A DNA stretch of 64,000 bases from Somniosus microcephalus (Eukaryota), in the NCBI GenBank assembly GCA_052327205.1, contig CM126215.1:99448001-99512000 (forward strand), given 5' to 3'. Positions 25,827 to 39,344 of this stretch are shown here, one piece after another. The notes under the pieces are model-generated. The model was not told the DNA's origin, did no database searches, and was given only the letters and a program-made list of their open reading frames with translations. Position numbers and translations under genes: made by a program. How positions within the stretch are numbered: the first letter of the stretch is position 1; the number at the start of each line of letters is the position of its first letter.

Positions 25827-27464
25827 TTACTTAGATAAAGGATAGAGAATAACAGAGGAGAAGCTCAATATAAGAAAGCTTGATAGGAGTATAAGCTTAA
25901 CAGGCATCTAATTAATGAAGGGAGAGGCTTAACAGAGGGATAAGTTTAACATTAGGCCACCCATAGTATTTTTTTATGATAGCACAAAGAGGTTAATCCT
26001 TTCCGTTTTGAGAGAATTTACTGCATTTGAAAACTTGTGTTTTCTTTAGTCATCTGCCCTCCCTAAGTGTTAATTCTTTAAATATGACCCTTTACTTTCA
26101 CCAGACACTATACTTTTTCACCCAAGAGAGACGACTATATGAATACAAGAAAGTAAAGACAAGGAAGGGCTGTAATCACATCGAATGCATCCTGTCATTT
26201 TTGTTCAAACACAGCACCCTCGGTGACCATTTGAAAGAATAAATAAGCAGCTTTGCTCAAAATAATTCAAATGCCCAAATTATGAGGTAAATTACTTTTC
26301 TGTGGATCAAATAGGCTAACTCTATCATGCAATTTGTGCCGTGCAAACTAGTTTCAGCTTCTCATCAATGTAAACTGTATAATATACTCTGGCACAAATG
26401 GGGGGAAGTTGGTCCCCATGGCACCTGTTTTTTGAGTGCAAAATGGACATTGAGGGGAGCAATTTCCAGACACAATCTCCTGTGCTCAAACCATCCCCGG
26501 AGTGCACCGGGTGCCAAATTGACAGCCAGTGACTATCGAGGGCCCGGGCTGCCTGCCTGAAACAGGCGTTGGGCTCCTTGAATATGCTAATCAGGAGCCT
26601 AACCATTGTTTCAAGACCCGGATGCCAATTTTGGCAAAAACTGGGCAGAATATGCGTTGAGCACGCTCCGCTCAGTTTTTCTTCGTCTACGCCGGCCTAA
26701 TTAGTGCTCCTTAAAATGACCACTGGAGGCCGCTGAAGATCAGGTCAGTTTTTCGGTTTTCATTTACCTCAATGTGGAGCTCCCCTCAATGCCCATTTTG
26801 CGTTCAAAAAACAGGTGCGTCGGGAACCAATTTCCCGCCTCCCCACCTCCAACACCCTGCCCCCCCCCTCATTTGTACCAGAGTACATGATACAGTTTAT
26901 ATTGATGATGAGAAGCTGAAACTAAAGAGGATTGCTCCTCCTGGCTCCTCAGCAATACTGCAGGCTGCTGCCAGCTTGTGCTCGCCTCCATCCCATCCGC
27001 CTACCCTCCCCGCTTCCAGGATTTACTTGCGGGCTGGCTTGGCGTCTGAGCCAGCTGATTTTGGGACCATCCGGACCGGCGAGCTGCATTGGGATGTCTG
27101 ATTGGCGTCTGCAGCTCACTGGAATTACGGCGATGAGGACCAAGGACCAATTTAGAGTGGGCTTCAGGCCTCCGACTTCGGGAGCCCCTTTTTAATGCGT
27201 CACCGATTTTGGTCCCTGGCGATAACCAGGTTAAGAGGACCGCTCCTTCTGGTTCCAAAAAAAAATACTGCAGGCCGATGGCGGCTCAGTCTTGCCTCGC
27301 CTCGGCTTGGCCTGGCCTCCCTCCAAGGACCTAGCTCTGGGCCTCTGCCTGTGTCCCAGCCGGCCGACACTCTGAAGACTTGTAAGCTGCATTGGGATGC
27401 CCGTTTGGCGTCCACAGCTTGCTACTGAATTCAAACGAAGTCGAGACCTCAATCGCGGCGGTCT

Positions 27465-27706
27465 CTTCACCGTGCCTTCAGCTGCCAAGGCCCTAAGCTC
27501 TGGAAACCCCTCCCTAAATCCCTCCACCTCTCCTCCTTTGAGACGCTCCTTAAAACCTACCTCTTTGTCCAAGCATTTGGTCACCTGTCCTAATATCTCC
27601 TTATGTGGCTCGGTGTCAAAATTTTGTTCGGTAACGCTCCTGTGAAGCACCTTGGGACGTTTTACTATGTTAAAAGTGCTATATAAATGCAAGTTGCTGT
27701 TGTTGT
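27465..27706 (+). mobile_element. L2 LINE 3' end
   Basis: gccctaagctctggaa..ccttaaaacctacctcttt..(ttg)n. Confidence 0.8.
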
Positions 27707-30700
27707 CTTGTCGGTTGCCCAAAAGTCAAAATGGCCCTGACTGTGTACCGTTTTTAAGGCACCTATTATAGAATGGATGTTAAAGTCATCGAGAAAATAC
27801 TGTGTAGATTCACCAGGATGCAGCCATGAATAAAAAACTATAGTGATGGGGGTAGACTTGAAGTAATGAGTATATTTCCACTGAGGCAGAAAAGGTCGAG
27901 GAGATGTAACAGAGTGAGTGATGAGGGGTTGGCAATATAAAGTTAGCACTAAGAGAATGAGGAGAGAGGCTAGGAGAAATTTCATTTTTGCAGAGAATAG
28001 TTGGAGAATAGAATGCTTCGCCACAGGGAGTCGAGGAGACAGAGACCAACCATCGTTAAAGGGAAGAAACACTTAAAGGGGAGGAAGATGGACGGCTGTG
28101 GGAGAGAGTGGGGTAGTTTTGGATTGCTATACGAAACAGTCAGCACAGACATGATGGGCCAAATGGCTTCCTTCTGTGCTGTGTGCGGCTCTGTGGGTTG
28201 AAAGCACATTGTATTAAACACTACTATTTTAACAAAGGCATGAACCTCTTTGTTTTACTTCCTATGTTAACAAGAGACATTTCAAATGCACGTGCTTACA
28301 CATTCATTACTAATACAGTATCACAAAGTGTAGTTACAACCACATAGAAATACAACAGTAGGTAGATATAGGAATATATACATACTTGAAGGACAAGTTT
28401 GATGGTCTGAGTGGCCTTTCCTGTTCTTGATTTTTTCTTATGTTTTTAGATAGATTTTTTTTAACCAAAATGGCATCTGTAAAAAAGGGGTGTGATTTAT
28501 ACGCTTTCTAATCTGGATTTCACCCTTGCACTTTTAGAGTTGTGCTCGTAACCTTAAGACTGTTGGCAGTTGTGTTAAGCGCGCCCATTGCAGGTTTTCT
28601 CCCCTACCTCCCATTTCCTCACCAAATGTAATTAGAGAACTAAACGCAGGAAAACCAGATTTCCCCCCCCAAAATTTTTTATCACTTTTTTCCTGCGTGT
28701 TGGAGTGAAATGTACCACTTCCTGAAACAGGGGATACGCTCTGAAAGCAAACATCATTACTGATGTTTTAACATCTTCATAGAGGGGGCTTGTTAGCTTG
28801 ACAAATAAAAACTAACATATATTACAGTTTATTTGTGTTAGAACTAAGCAGGGTAGAAATACCAGTCATGGACAAGGTTTTGCCAGTGTACAGTCCATCA
28901 GACAAATAGTTGAATATACTTGCTGCATTCTATCTAGTAGGCTGTCCTTCAAGATTTGATAAAAATTAAACAATTCAGTGTTAAAATTCTGAAGAAAACT
29001 GCCGCAAATTTCAAAGTTCAAATATAACCAAATACATTTTTTAATGAGATATCGTCATGGCGATGTTGTGCTGAGGGAATTGTTTCAATGAGCGAGTTCT
29101 GTCCGTTAAGTGTGTTTACTGTGGAAAAAATGTCTGGAAAGGATTGCATGCTGTACACTAGTATCAAGGAATAACAAACCACTATCACTGCAGTCAGCAT
29201 GTTCCTGGACAATGAAAATATCACTTACTTGTATAGAATACATTGAGAAAACTTTGATCATGTTTTCTCAATTGAGCAGTTCATGTTTTCTCAATTACTT
29301 CCACAACTATCGGGCAATTATTGCAGAATGCAAGTATTTAATTCTGTAGCAACGGATTCCAACAATAACTCATTCGTACTTTATAAGACTGAGCGCTGCA
29401 GACAAATAGAAACTTTACCAATTAAACCTACATCCTTGTTTTGATTGGCAAATGTTGAGAAAAGAATAATATTTTGCTGGCCTTTTGAAGTAACCTCTAA
29501 TCATATCTGTCTATTCAGGCAACTTACATGAGAAGACAAAACCATTAATCTTTCAGGATTATCCATTCTACACGTGCTCAAAGCCTTTCATTTTTCAATG
29601 ATTCTTCCGAAAGGACTCTTGCTTGAAGGTTTGCTCATATGTCGATGTTTAAACTTTGTCACAGTGCTATGATTGAAACATTGCCCTCTATTGGAGGTGA
29701 TGCTCAATGATGACACCATGTGGTTCTGTTTATCCACATATTGCTGTTAAATTAGTAAATCGTGCAAGAAACACTATATTAATGTGTTGTGACTTGAAGA
29801 AATATGCTACAAATCTCCAAAACTTCTGTTCAGGATTAGCAACTCATTTCATGCCACATTTCTAGTGATCCAGATGGGCTTCATGTGCAAGTCATCTATT
29901 TGTTTTGAAGCTTTGGGGTTGGAGTGGGGTGGCGAAGAGATCCTGGTTGCTATGAGAGCTCACACGAGGCAGATTTAGGAGGTCCCCCTCCCCAGATTTT
30001 AGTGCCTTCAAAATGTCAAACACCAGGGCAGAGTTTCTTGTTCCCAGCTTCGTTTGGAGTAAAATTCCAAACTCCAGGTGTCGCATAGCCAAACGCAAAG
30101 TACTATTCACAGCAATCTGTCTCAAGTCCTCGACCCAATTCTGCCCCAAGGAAAACACATGCGTTAATCAGGTTCTAATACATAACTGCTACAAGCTGAC
30201 AATTCACTCACATCTGGTTTGTCTCAGAGTTATGTACACTGCAAAGTGTGCACGTACATTTACTGTAACACAAGAGTCGAGATCTGAGAACAGGGCTAGC
30301 TAGCTGTGCTGGTGGTGGAAGCATCAGTATTTATTGATCTGGTATCAGAAATGAATACAACCGCTTTAGAAAAGATATAAATCTCTACGCAAAATATATT
30401 CATTCTCAACTTTTGCATGATGCATACTTGGAGTGCGTCAGGCCCACTAACTTAATGTAGATGTGAGTGTAACGTTAAGTCATGGTATTGATTCGGGAGT
30501 AACTTGATTGGGATTTCCTGGTGTAATAATTAACAGCCTAAAGGTATCTCTGGAAAGAGATGCTTGTGTTTACTACCTTGTGTCTCCTGTACTTATACTG
30601 ACAGTGACTAAGTTGCTATTTATTCTGAAAGCAGGGGCAAACAAACAGTTCTCTGCATATTTGGAATGTGCTGACAAGGCTGTAACAGGGCTGGGCTGTA

Positions 30701-31069
30701 CAGAGTCCGCTCCACTTAGATGAATATTCCTGTTTGGCGAATGGAAACCAAAAACTCCAAACTATTTTCTGCATCTACCCCTTATATTCCGTTCTGTTGC
30801 CCTGCAAGATGAAACAATGGTGCTTGTTTCATGATTTCTGTTGCACCATTAACCAACCATGATACAGCAAGTTACAGGAGCAATATTGTCATGGTAGTGT
30901 TACTTATAAGGCACTTTGTTCTTTTACATACAAAGAAGGATAAAAAACAATAACCTACAAATCTGTTAGCTTTAATTTCCAACGTCAGGCTTCCAGCAGG
31001 GAGTCTCGCCAACTGCTCACTCATATCCAAAACTTGGGTGCACGCTATTAATGATTTTCCAAGCAGGAT

Positions 31070-31800
31070 AGAAAGGTTGTCGTCTTAGAGGATTCGATAA
31101 TTAAGGTTATAAAGGGTGACCTCGGCTGTCGCAATTGAGAGTCCAAGAGGGTCTGTTGCCCACCCAGTGCCAGGCTCAGGGATATTTCGAAGCGGCTGGA
31201 AAAGTACTTGGAAGGGGAGGGAGAAGAACTAGTTGTCATGGTCCATGTCAGAACCAAAGATATATGAAAGAACAGGGAGCTGACCCTGCTAAGGGAGTGC
31301 CCGGAGCTAGGATGTAAATTAAAAAGTTAAAAGATTTACAAGGATATTACTGGAATTAATGGGTGCAACTATGAGAAAAGATTGAATAGGCTGGGGCTCG
31401 TTGGTCTGGAAAAGTGAAGACTAAAAAGAGACCTGATAGAGGCCTTTAAAATTATGAAGGAGTTTGATAGGGTGGATGTGGAGAAACCTGTGTGTGAGTC
31501 CAGAACAAAGGGACATTAATACAAGATAGGCATTCACCAACCAAATACAGAATTTAGGAGGAATTTCTTTACACCGAGTGGTGAGAATGTGGAACTTGCT
31601 GCCTCATGGAGTGGTTGAAGGAGAAAGCATTGCTGCATTTGAGGGGAGGCTTGATGCATACCTGAGGGAGAAGGGAATAGAAGGATCTCGGGGCAGGATG
31701 GGAAGAGGTAATTAGAGTGGGAGGAGGCTCGTGTGGAGTATAAACACCAGCCTAGACCAGTTGGGCTGGATGACCTGGTTCTGTGCTGTAGATTCTGTGT
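31070..31800 (+). mobile_element. Degenerate, internally deleted CR1 (ORF1 esterase segment joined to ORF2 3' end)
   Basis: VVLEDSII..RVCCPPSARLRDIS..EGEGEELVVMVHV, then directly RLGL..DLIEAFKIMK..FFT..VVRMWNLLP and the CR1 tail. Confidence 0.7.
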
Positions 31801-31974
31801 AATTCCGTGTAATGGTTGGAAAATCGTGTGCCGCGTGCGCTGGTATTTCTAGATACGCGTTGCCAGTGGGCGAGGCTTTCCACCAGGAGCAGAGCACTGG
31901 AAGATTATCGGGTTATTTTAGTTTTAAGAAAAGCTAAAAGAAAAATATAAAGACTGCATTGAAAATGTTTGTCT

Positions 31975-32290
31975 TGGGGCTCCACTGGTGGTTCAGTGGG
32001 GAAATGCACTGCATGCATGTGTACTGATCCATTCAAGTCAGAACGCTCTCGGGTTTGATCCCTGCTCTTTTCTGAGTTAGCTGATCTCAGCCATTGCAGC
32101 AATCGGATTGGCTCAGTGTTCCCAGACTAGGGAAGGGAAAAAGCAATCAAAGTCCCTGCGGTTGATCAGCAACCAGCAATTCCTCGCATGAAGTGTGAAT
32201 GTTGGATGAAGAAATGATTGGGTCCCATACTTGATTAGCCTGCCAATAGTCACAAAGGAAGAACATTACACTTGGGCAAGGTAACAGACT
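31975..32290 (+). mobile_element. tRNA-derived SINE (LmeSINE1-like), old
   Basis: tggttcagtggg..gggtttgatccc..ctgagttagctgatctcagcc. Confidence 0.5.
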
Positions 32291-32974
32291 CAGGAAACTA
32301 TAACCCAGCATGATCTACTGCCTTCAGCGGAAGAAAGATGAACATTAAATTTTTTTTCAATGTTTTAAAAATGATGCTAGGGTAGATTTGACATCTGCTG
32401 AAATATAAACCTGGCACATCCTCCATCAGTGCAGTTTTCAGAGCAGGCTCGTGCTGCTTATTGCAAGAATTCAGCCTGGATATCAATCCCTTTAATAACT
32501 AAGAAACACTTTACATTAAATGCAGTTGTGGAATAAGATTAAAAGTGTGGATGAGTCTGTGCAACAATGTTTTACCGTAATTTCAAGATTCAGTATTGTT
32601 AAATGTCGACTATTTGCTTAATAGGGATGGACTGCAATTTAAAAACATTTGTGACTGACTTTGGCAAAGCTTTAGGCTGACATATGCAATACCTGTGTAT
32701 TTCTCTATTCAGATACACACCAGTCACTTGGTTAAGGATTGTGACAGATTGCTCACCGTTGTGGCAGTCTCCACTTGAAGGAATCTGAACATTGTGAAGT
32801 TCACAAATCCTTTGTTAACGTTATCATTTCAAAAATGTGTTCAAAGACAGCGTCTCCAGTTGTTCAGTCTTGCCACAGGGACAACATTAATTACAGATTG
32901 TTTTGGATGGAAATGATTCCACTTGGCACAGGCTTACGCAAAATGTTCGTTAACTGTATTTTGCTCTTTCTCAG

Positions 32975-33099
32975 CTCCGTCTCTGGTCACTGTCATTAAG
33001 AAGGACCGGACATCCCGAAACAGCATTGCTCTATCTTGGCAAGAACCAGAACATCCTAACGGGATCATATTAGACTACGAGGTCAAATTCTATGAGAAG
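32975..33099 (+). CDS. epha3: epha3 exon 6 (FN3 repeat 2, N-half): [42 protein letters not shown]
   Basis: ctttctcag|CT acceptor, AAG|gtggga donor, 125 nt. Confidence 0.97.
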
Positions 33100-33511
33100 G
33101 TGGGAAAATGAATAAAAAGCGGAGTGTTTAACAAACCTAAAAAAAATCCACATTACTGAAAACAGTGTTGGAAATGATCTCTCAACACTTCAAGGGGCAG
33201 TCATTTCTTCTCGAGTTCCTGTGGCTAATTTGTCTCATGTATGTAGACGTACTTTAAAGCCAGAGCTACACTTTGGTTTTGATCAGCTTTCGCTAAGAAC
33301 GCTTTGGTTTGAAATGCTCGGTCTGATTTCACAAAATGTTCTTAAGATGAGGCAGTGAAACTCGAATGTGGGTGTTGAGGATAAGGAATCGGTGGGAAGG
33401 AATGAATTGGGCCTGCTTCTAGTACCAGTCAGCTAGACTCAAATGGGGGAGGATTTCCTCTGTATGCCGTGTGAAGCCAAATCATAGATGCGTACTTTAG
33501 AAATGCATGTA

Positions 33512-33847
33512 CAGGAAACTTCGCTATATCCGGCACCAACGGGACCGAGCTGCTGCTGATCTATCAAAACTTCCAGATAGACCAGCGCTAATGTTGAAGG
33601 ATACGGAGGTTTTCATCTCCGTATCTGACAACAAACACTGTTGCTTAGCAACAGCTTGTAAACACTCGGCCCGTACCTTGGAAGCGTCTCTGAAGCTGTT
33701 GCTAAGCTACAGAGACGCTTTCCAGAGCCTGACTGTTAAAAAAAAATGCTAGGAGAAGAAAAAAAACCTTACCAAAACGGCTGCTGATTTCTGCCGTTAG
33801 ATCGAGGTTTCAGGACATACAACCTCCGGATAAACCAAAGTTTCCTG
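33512..33847. mobile_element. TA-inserting Tc1/mariner/pogo-type MITE, copy 1
   Basis: TIR CAGGAAACTT / AAGTTTCCTG, TA on both sides; second copy at 49551..49903. Confidence 0.85.
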
Positions 33848-35740
33848 TACAATTTTGCTACACGTAGAACACAGAGGAAATGGTTCTTTAATAGCTTGAT
33901 GAATCCAATTACCTTACTTTGCTGCTCCCGCTCTCCTGCTCTTAGAGAACACACTAAATAGACTGCTTCCTTTTTAATTTACACAGGTTGTGTCTTGTTT
34001 TAAGGATTCAGTACCAAGCTTCAGATCTCAAGGGTAGCATTTTACCATGGAATTTGAGTAGCAATGTAATTAGAAGGTAATAACTTTGCTTGTAGTTTCA
34101 CAATTAATAATGTAATGCAAATAAAAAGGGATAACTAGTAATTACAGGAACTGCAATTAAACAGTGTGCAGTATAAAGGTTAGTCAGTCACCATAACTAA
34201 GCTGCCCATTGATGCCATAAGACCTCACGATTGTGTTCTTCCTTCTATCCGCTCCCCCGCAGCTGTCTATCCATTGTCACACTTCTGTTCAGCTCTTCCT
34301 GTACACAGTCCTACCATTTCAGCTTTCGCCTTCAACATACTCTTTTCCCAACTGAGAGACATTCTACGATCTTGTGCAGATACCAATATTCAGCCATAGA
34401 GTACACAATGTTTCTGCCATTACTGCACTTGTCATTCCTCCCCAGCTTAGTGTGTCACTCTGTCCCACCAGCTAATGCCTAATATCTCGAGCACAGTGCA
34501 TTTGAAAAACATCTCGTCAGGAAGCAAACTATCAATAAGGGGGATTCTGGAATATTGTAACTATAGATTAATTGCTTAGCAATTATATTGGACTATATAG
34601 AAATACTATATAAATATGAGTTCTGCTGAACATTAACCTGTCTTTTTCTCTTTATAGATGCTGACAAAGGTTTTTAATTTCAGTCTTCCTGTTTTATTTT
34701 AAAAACGCTATCATTTGTTTTGTTTCTTGACACTGCTACAACCCAAAAGTAAATGTTGTAAAGCCTTCTAACACCTGATTTTAGAAGAGCGAGCATTGCT
34801 ATGCAAATTCCTTGCTCAACTGTCACTAACAGAAATACTAGAAATACTCGCAGAGGGGAAAATTTCCTCTGCGTGCCATTTTAGCAACATCATAAACACT
34901 GTAGGAAGGTTCCATCTGCTCACCAGTTCTAACAGAATCATAAAAGTATCCATTTATCATATCACTAGAAATAGTGAACATAGAAGTAGAGGTCGATAAA
35001 GTGATGTAAAATGGCTGCACTTGCTTATGTGGTCTGGCAGCAGACTACTTTTATGTAAATTACGGTTCCTTCCCACAATGCGGCTAAATTTCCTAAGTAG
35101 CGCATTAGACACACGGCGCTCATTCGTAACAGGCACTTCAGAAGAGGCCAGCAATCAAATTCATGTTCTACTTTGCTAGCTGGCCTTTTTTCCCTTCGTG
35201 GCAGGGCCTCATTCTCCATTACCTCCAATGCCCAATCAGAGAATCTTCCCCTAGCAACATTTTGAGTGGAAAAAAAAAAATCACACACTGATCTAAGAGT
35301 TGCCAGCAGCCCCTTCACCTTTCTGGTACCTGATATCTTGCCCCACGGTCTCTGCGCTCTGCCAACGCATCTCAACTGGGAGCACTGGCAAAACTATGCT
35401 AATAAACTGGCCTCGCTTTATGGGGTGATGGCAGCTCTGTGGGGCACAGGCATACCTAGGGTTACCAACTCTGGTCAGACCCATTCCTGGAGGTTACATG
35501 ATAAGACCTCCCACCTCCCACCTCCAACTGCCCAGCCCAGTCAAACGGCCTTTTTTCCCATCGCCAATATTTTTACAGCTAATAAACGAAAGTGTTCAAA
35601 GAAAATGAAAACAAACCACGCCACCATTTTAATGCCCCTATTGTCTTCCTCCTGGATCACTTGCAGCAATGAATTATTTAATTCCTGGAGACTCCAGGAC
35701 AATACTAGTCACACCTCGGGTGTGAGGAGCAGCATCAGGG

Positions 35741-36300
35741 CTTTTTAAAAATTTGTTCCGGGGATGTGGGCATCACTGGCAAGGCCAGCATTTATTGCCC
35801 ATCCCTAATTGCCCTTGAGAAGGTGGTGGTGAGCCGCCGCCTTGAACCGCTGCAATCCGTGTGGTGAAGGTACTCCCACAGTGCTGTTAGGGAGGGAGTT
35901 CCAGGATTTTGACCCAGTGACGATGAAGGAACGGCGATATACTTCCAAGTCAAGATGGTGTGTGACTTGGAGGGGAACTTGGAGGTGGTGGTGTTCCCAT
36001 GCGCCTGCTGCCCTTGTCCTTCTAGGTGGTAGAGGTCGCGGGTTTGGGAGGTGCTGCCGAAGAAGCCTTGGCGAGTTGCTGCAGTGCATCTTATAGATGG
36101 TACACACTGCAGCCACGGTACGCCGGTGGTGGAGGGAGTGAATGTTTAAGGTGGTGGATGGGGTGCCGGTCAAGCGGGCTGCTTTGTCCTGGATGGTGTT
36201 GGGCTTCTTAAGTGTTGTTGGAGCTGCACTCATCCAGGCAAGTGGAGAGTATTACATCACACTCCTGACTTGTGCCTTGTGGAAAGGCTTTGGGGAGTCA
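35741..36300 (-). mobile_element. CR1-group (Crack/L2-like) LINE 3' end
   Basis: ORF 35805..36233 almost identical to the 11664..12176 translation. Confidence 0.9.
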
Positions 36301-36849
36301 GTATCGACTGCATCTTTTCCCCCCTCAGAATTATTTAATTATTATTAAACAGTGTTACAAAACCATTCTTAAAAAGTGTTTTATTCTGGCATTGCTACTA
36401 TTTACGGCATCATGAAATTTCTCCCACCAAGACCAACACGGGAGCCCAAGGCCCAGGATAGAAATGACAAGAATTTCCAAATAAATTGCCTATGTTCATT
36501 AAAAACTAAACACACATGCAAGATTGTTGCGGAATCTGTGGGTTCTGATTAGGTTTATACATACTTGCTCTCATGTTTAATGGTGTCGGAAGCCCTCAGT
36601 GCATTCTCTTAAGATCAAATGTTACTGTTTGTTATTTCTGGACTCTAAAGTAAAGTGCTACCATCTAAAGATACAAAGTGCAGTTTACAGAAGCTGCAAA
36701 TTGTGATGTTTATGTTAAACCCCAAATAGTCACAATAGCTAAAACATATCACAAATCGTGGCAAGTACCATATGGCAGCTACCCGTGGAACATTTTAAAC
36801 ATATATGATGACTAAACTGAATGGGGAGCTTCCACACACTTTGGGCTAT

Positions 36850-37220
36850 AAGAAAGAAAGCATTTTCATTGATAAGGCACCTTATGATGCCCTCAGGATA
36901 TCTGAAAGTGCTTCACTGCCAATAAATTACTGAAATGCAGTCACGATTTTAATGTAGGCAAATACAGCAACAAATTGCGCACAAACTACATATGAGATAA
37001 TACCAGTTAATCTGCTTTTTCTTAACAGGAATGTTGTCCAGAGCGCTGGGAGAACTCCCTGCTCTTCTTTGAATAGTACTATGGGATCTTATACACCCAC
37101 CTGAATGGGCAGACAGGGATTTCACCTCGGGCAGCACTTCTGACTATGCAAGAATCCTTCAGTAATGCACTGACATGTCAGCCTAGATTATGTGCTGAGG
37201 TCTTAGAGTAAGACTTGAAT
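36850..37220 (-). mobile_element. Deu-domain SINE, diverged
   Basis: aactccctgctcttctttgaatagtactatgggatctt..gtcagcctagattatgtgct. Confidence 0.7.
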
Positions 37221-37587
37221 GGAGCTAACCTGGTACTATACTATGTCCTCAACATATTCATGCAACTATTATCGTTTGTGACAGTTCATTTTAGAATGAC
37301 CCAATGAAGAGATTTTATCTGAAATCCTTTAGGAGTTTTTGCGAGGGTTGTTTTGTATTCATTAGGGTGAGGAATGTCAATCCTAGGGAATGGAATACTG
37401 TTTTGGCTAAGGACGGCACATGATTCAAATAAGGTCCCTGACCAATCTAGACTTGGCAACAGAAAAATGTCCTTATTTTTTCACAGCCCCTGATTGAATA
37501 TAGCCTTTAGTACCTATCATCATTGACTGTGAACTGGGGAACTGCACTATCAACAATAGGCCATTCTAAAGCTTGTCAATGTACATT

Positions 37588-37977
37588 AATTCTCATCCTT
37601 GTTTTCAAATCCCTCCATGGCCTCGCCCCTCCCTATCTCTGTAATCTCCTCCAGCCCCACAACCCCCTGAGATATCTGCGCTCCTCTAATTCTGCCCTCT
37701 TGAGGATCCCTAATTCTAATCGCTTAACCTTTGGTGGCTGTGCCTTCTGTTGCCTAGGCCCTAAGCTCTGAAATTCCCTCTCTAAACCTCTCCGCCTCTC
37801 AACCTCTCTTTCCTCCTTTAAGACGCTCCTTAAAACCTACCTCTTTGGTCACCTGCCCTAATTTATCCAAATGTAGATCGGTGTCAAATTTCTTTGTCTT
37901 AAAATACTCCTGTGCAGCGCCTTGGGACATTTTACTACTTTAAAGGTGCTATGTAAATACAAGTTGTTGTTGTTGTT
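37588..37977 (+). mobile_element. L2 LINE 3' end
   Basis: ILILVFKSLHGLAPPYLCNLLQPHNPLRYLRSS; (ttg)n tail. Confidence 0.88.
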
Positions 37978-39181
37978 ATTATTAGTTTGAAAACTTTTAG
38001 AATCATAGAAATTACTGCAAAGAATGAGATCACCTGGCTCATCGTGCCTGCGATTATGCTAGCTCTTCACCTAGCTTTATCTAAAGAAAGATGTGCATTT
38101 ATATAGCACCGTTCATGTCCTCAGGGAGTCTCAAAGTACTTTACAGCCAGTGAACTACTTTTGAAGTGTAGTCACCGATGTATTGTAGGAATCTACACCA
38201 TTGTAATCTACTCAATTTCATTTAGGTCACTTCAAAGTCTCTTGTTGAGGGAGAAGCTCAATTTCCTTAAACTCTCTTCACCAGTTAAACTCCTGATACC
38301 AGTAATTACCTTAGTTGATGGCCTCTGTACCACCTCAGGACAATAATACCTTTCTTTTGAAAGGGTGGCCAGAACTGCATACATAAAGTCAAGAACAGAA
38401 AAAAAATACTGCTCAGCATATCAAAGCTCATTTCCCTCATGTACTGACTTTTCCATCATGGCATCCAATTGCATTTTGACTAACTTCAAAGTTTGGTAGC
38501 TTTTCCAAACATCTTATAGTTTAGGCAGCTCTGACAATAGGGGGCGATCCAGTTGGCCTCAATGTCCCCAAGGCCTTGAAGAGGAAAGTTCATCCAGAAA
38601 TCCAGCTCCTGATCATTGTTCACCAATACCTGGTGAAGTGCACACGTGTGGCATTGGGTGAAGACAGGTCAGGCCAGGCTGTGGTGGGCCACATGGTCAA
38701 ATCGCCCCCCTCCCTAAACCTTCCCTAAATCCCTGCACCTTGCCGGCTTCCTCTCCTTTAAGACCCTCCTCAAAATCCATCTCTTTGACCAAGCTTTCTG
38801 TCACCTTCTTTGGCTCAGCATCCATTTTTGGAATACACCTCTGTGAAGCGTTTTGGGGTGTTTTCCGATGTTGAAAGCGTTATATAAATGCAAGTTGCCG
38901 TTTTTAACATTTACGTGTCTGAAGCTGATGCATGAAGAATAGCCATGTGGCCAAAGCATTGGAGGTCCACCAGCACATGTGGAGCCAGAGTTCAGTATGA
39001 AACAATTTCTTCGGGAATGGAGGAGCAAGTGGAAATAAAATAAGAGGGGGGAAAAAAAATCCAAATTCAAACGTGATGTCTCACTTTGATGATGAAAACA
39101 ATCGTGTCTCAAACAGGAATGAGCTTTAAAGGAAGAACTAAATCGTAATGAGTGATGTGCTTTTTCTTGTTTGTCTTAAAG

Positions 39182-39344
39182 CAGGAGCAGGAGACCAGTT
39201 ACACTATCATGAGGTCAAAGGGCACCAATGTCACCATCACTGGGCTGAAACCTGAAACCACCTACCTGTTCCAGATTAGGGCACGCACCGCGGCTGGTTA
39301 CGGGGCCAGCAGCCGCAAGTTTGAATTTGAGACCAGTCCAGACT
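39182..39344 (+). CDS. epha3: epha3 exon 7 (FN3 repeat 2, C-half): [54 protein letters not shown]
   Basis: ttaaag|CAG acceptor (NAGNAG, alternative start 39185), T|gtaagt donor, 163 nt. Confidence 0.95.
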
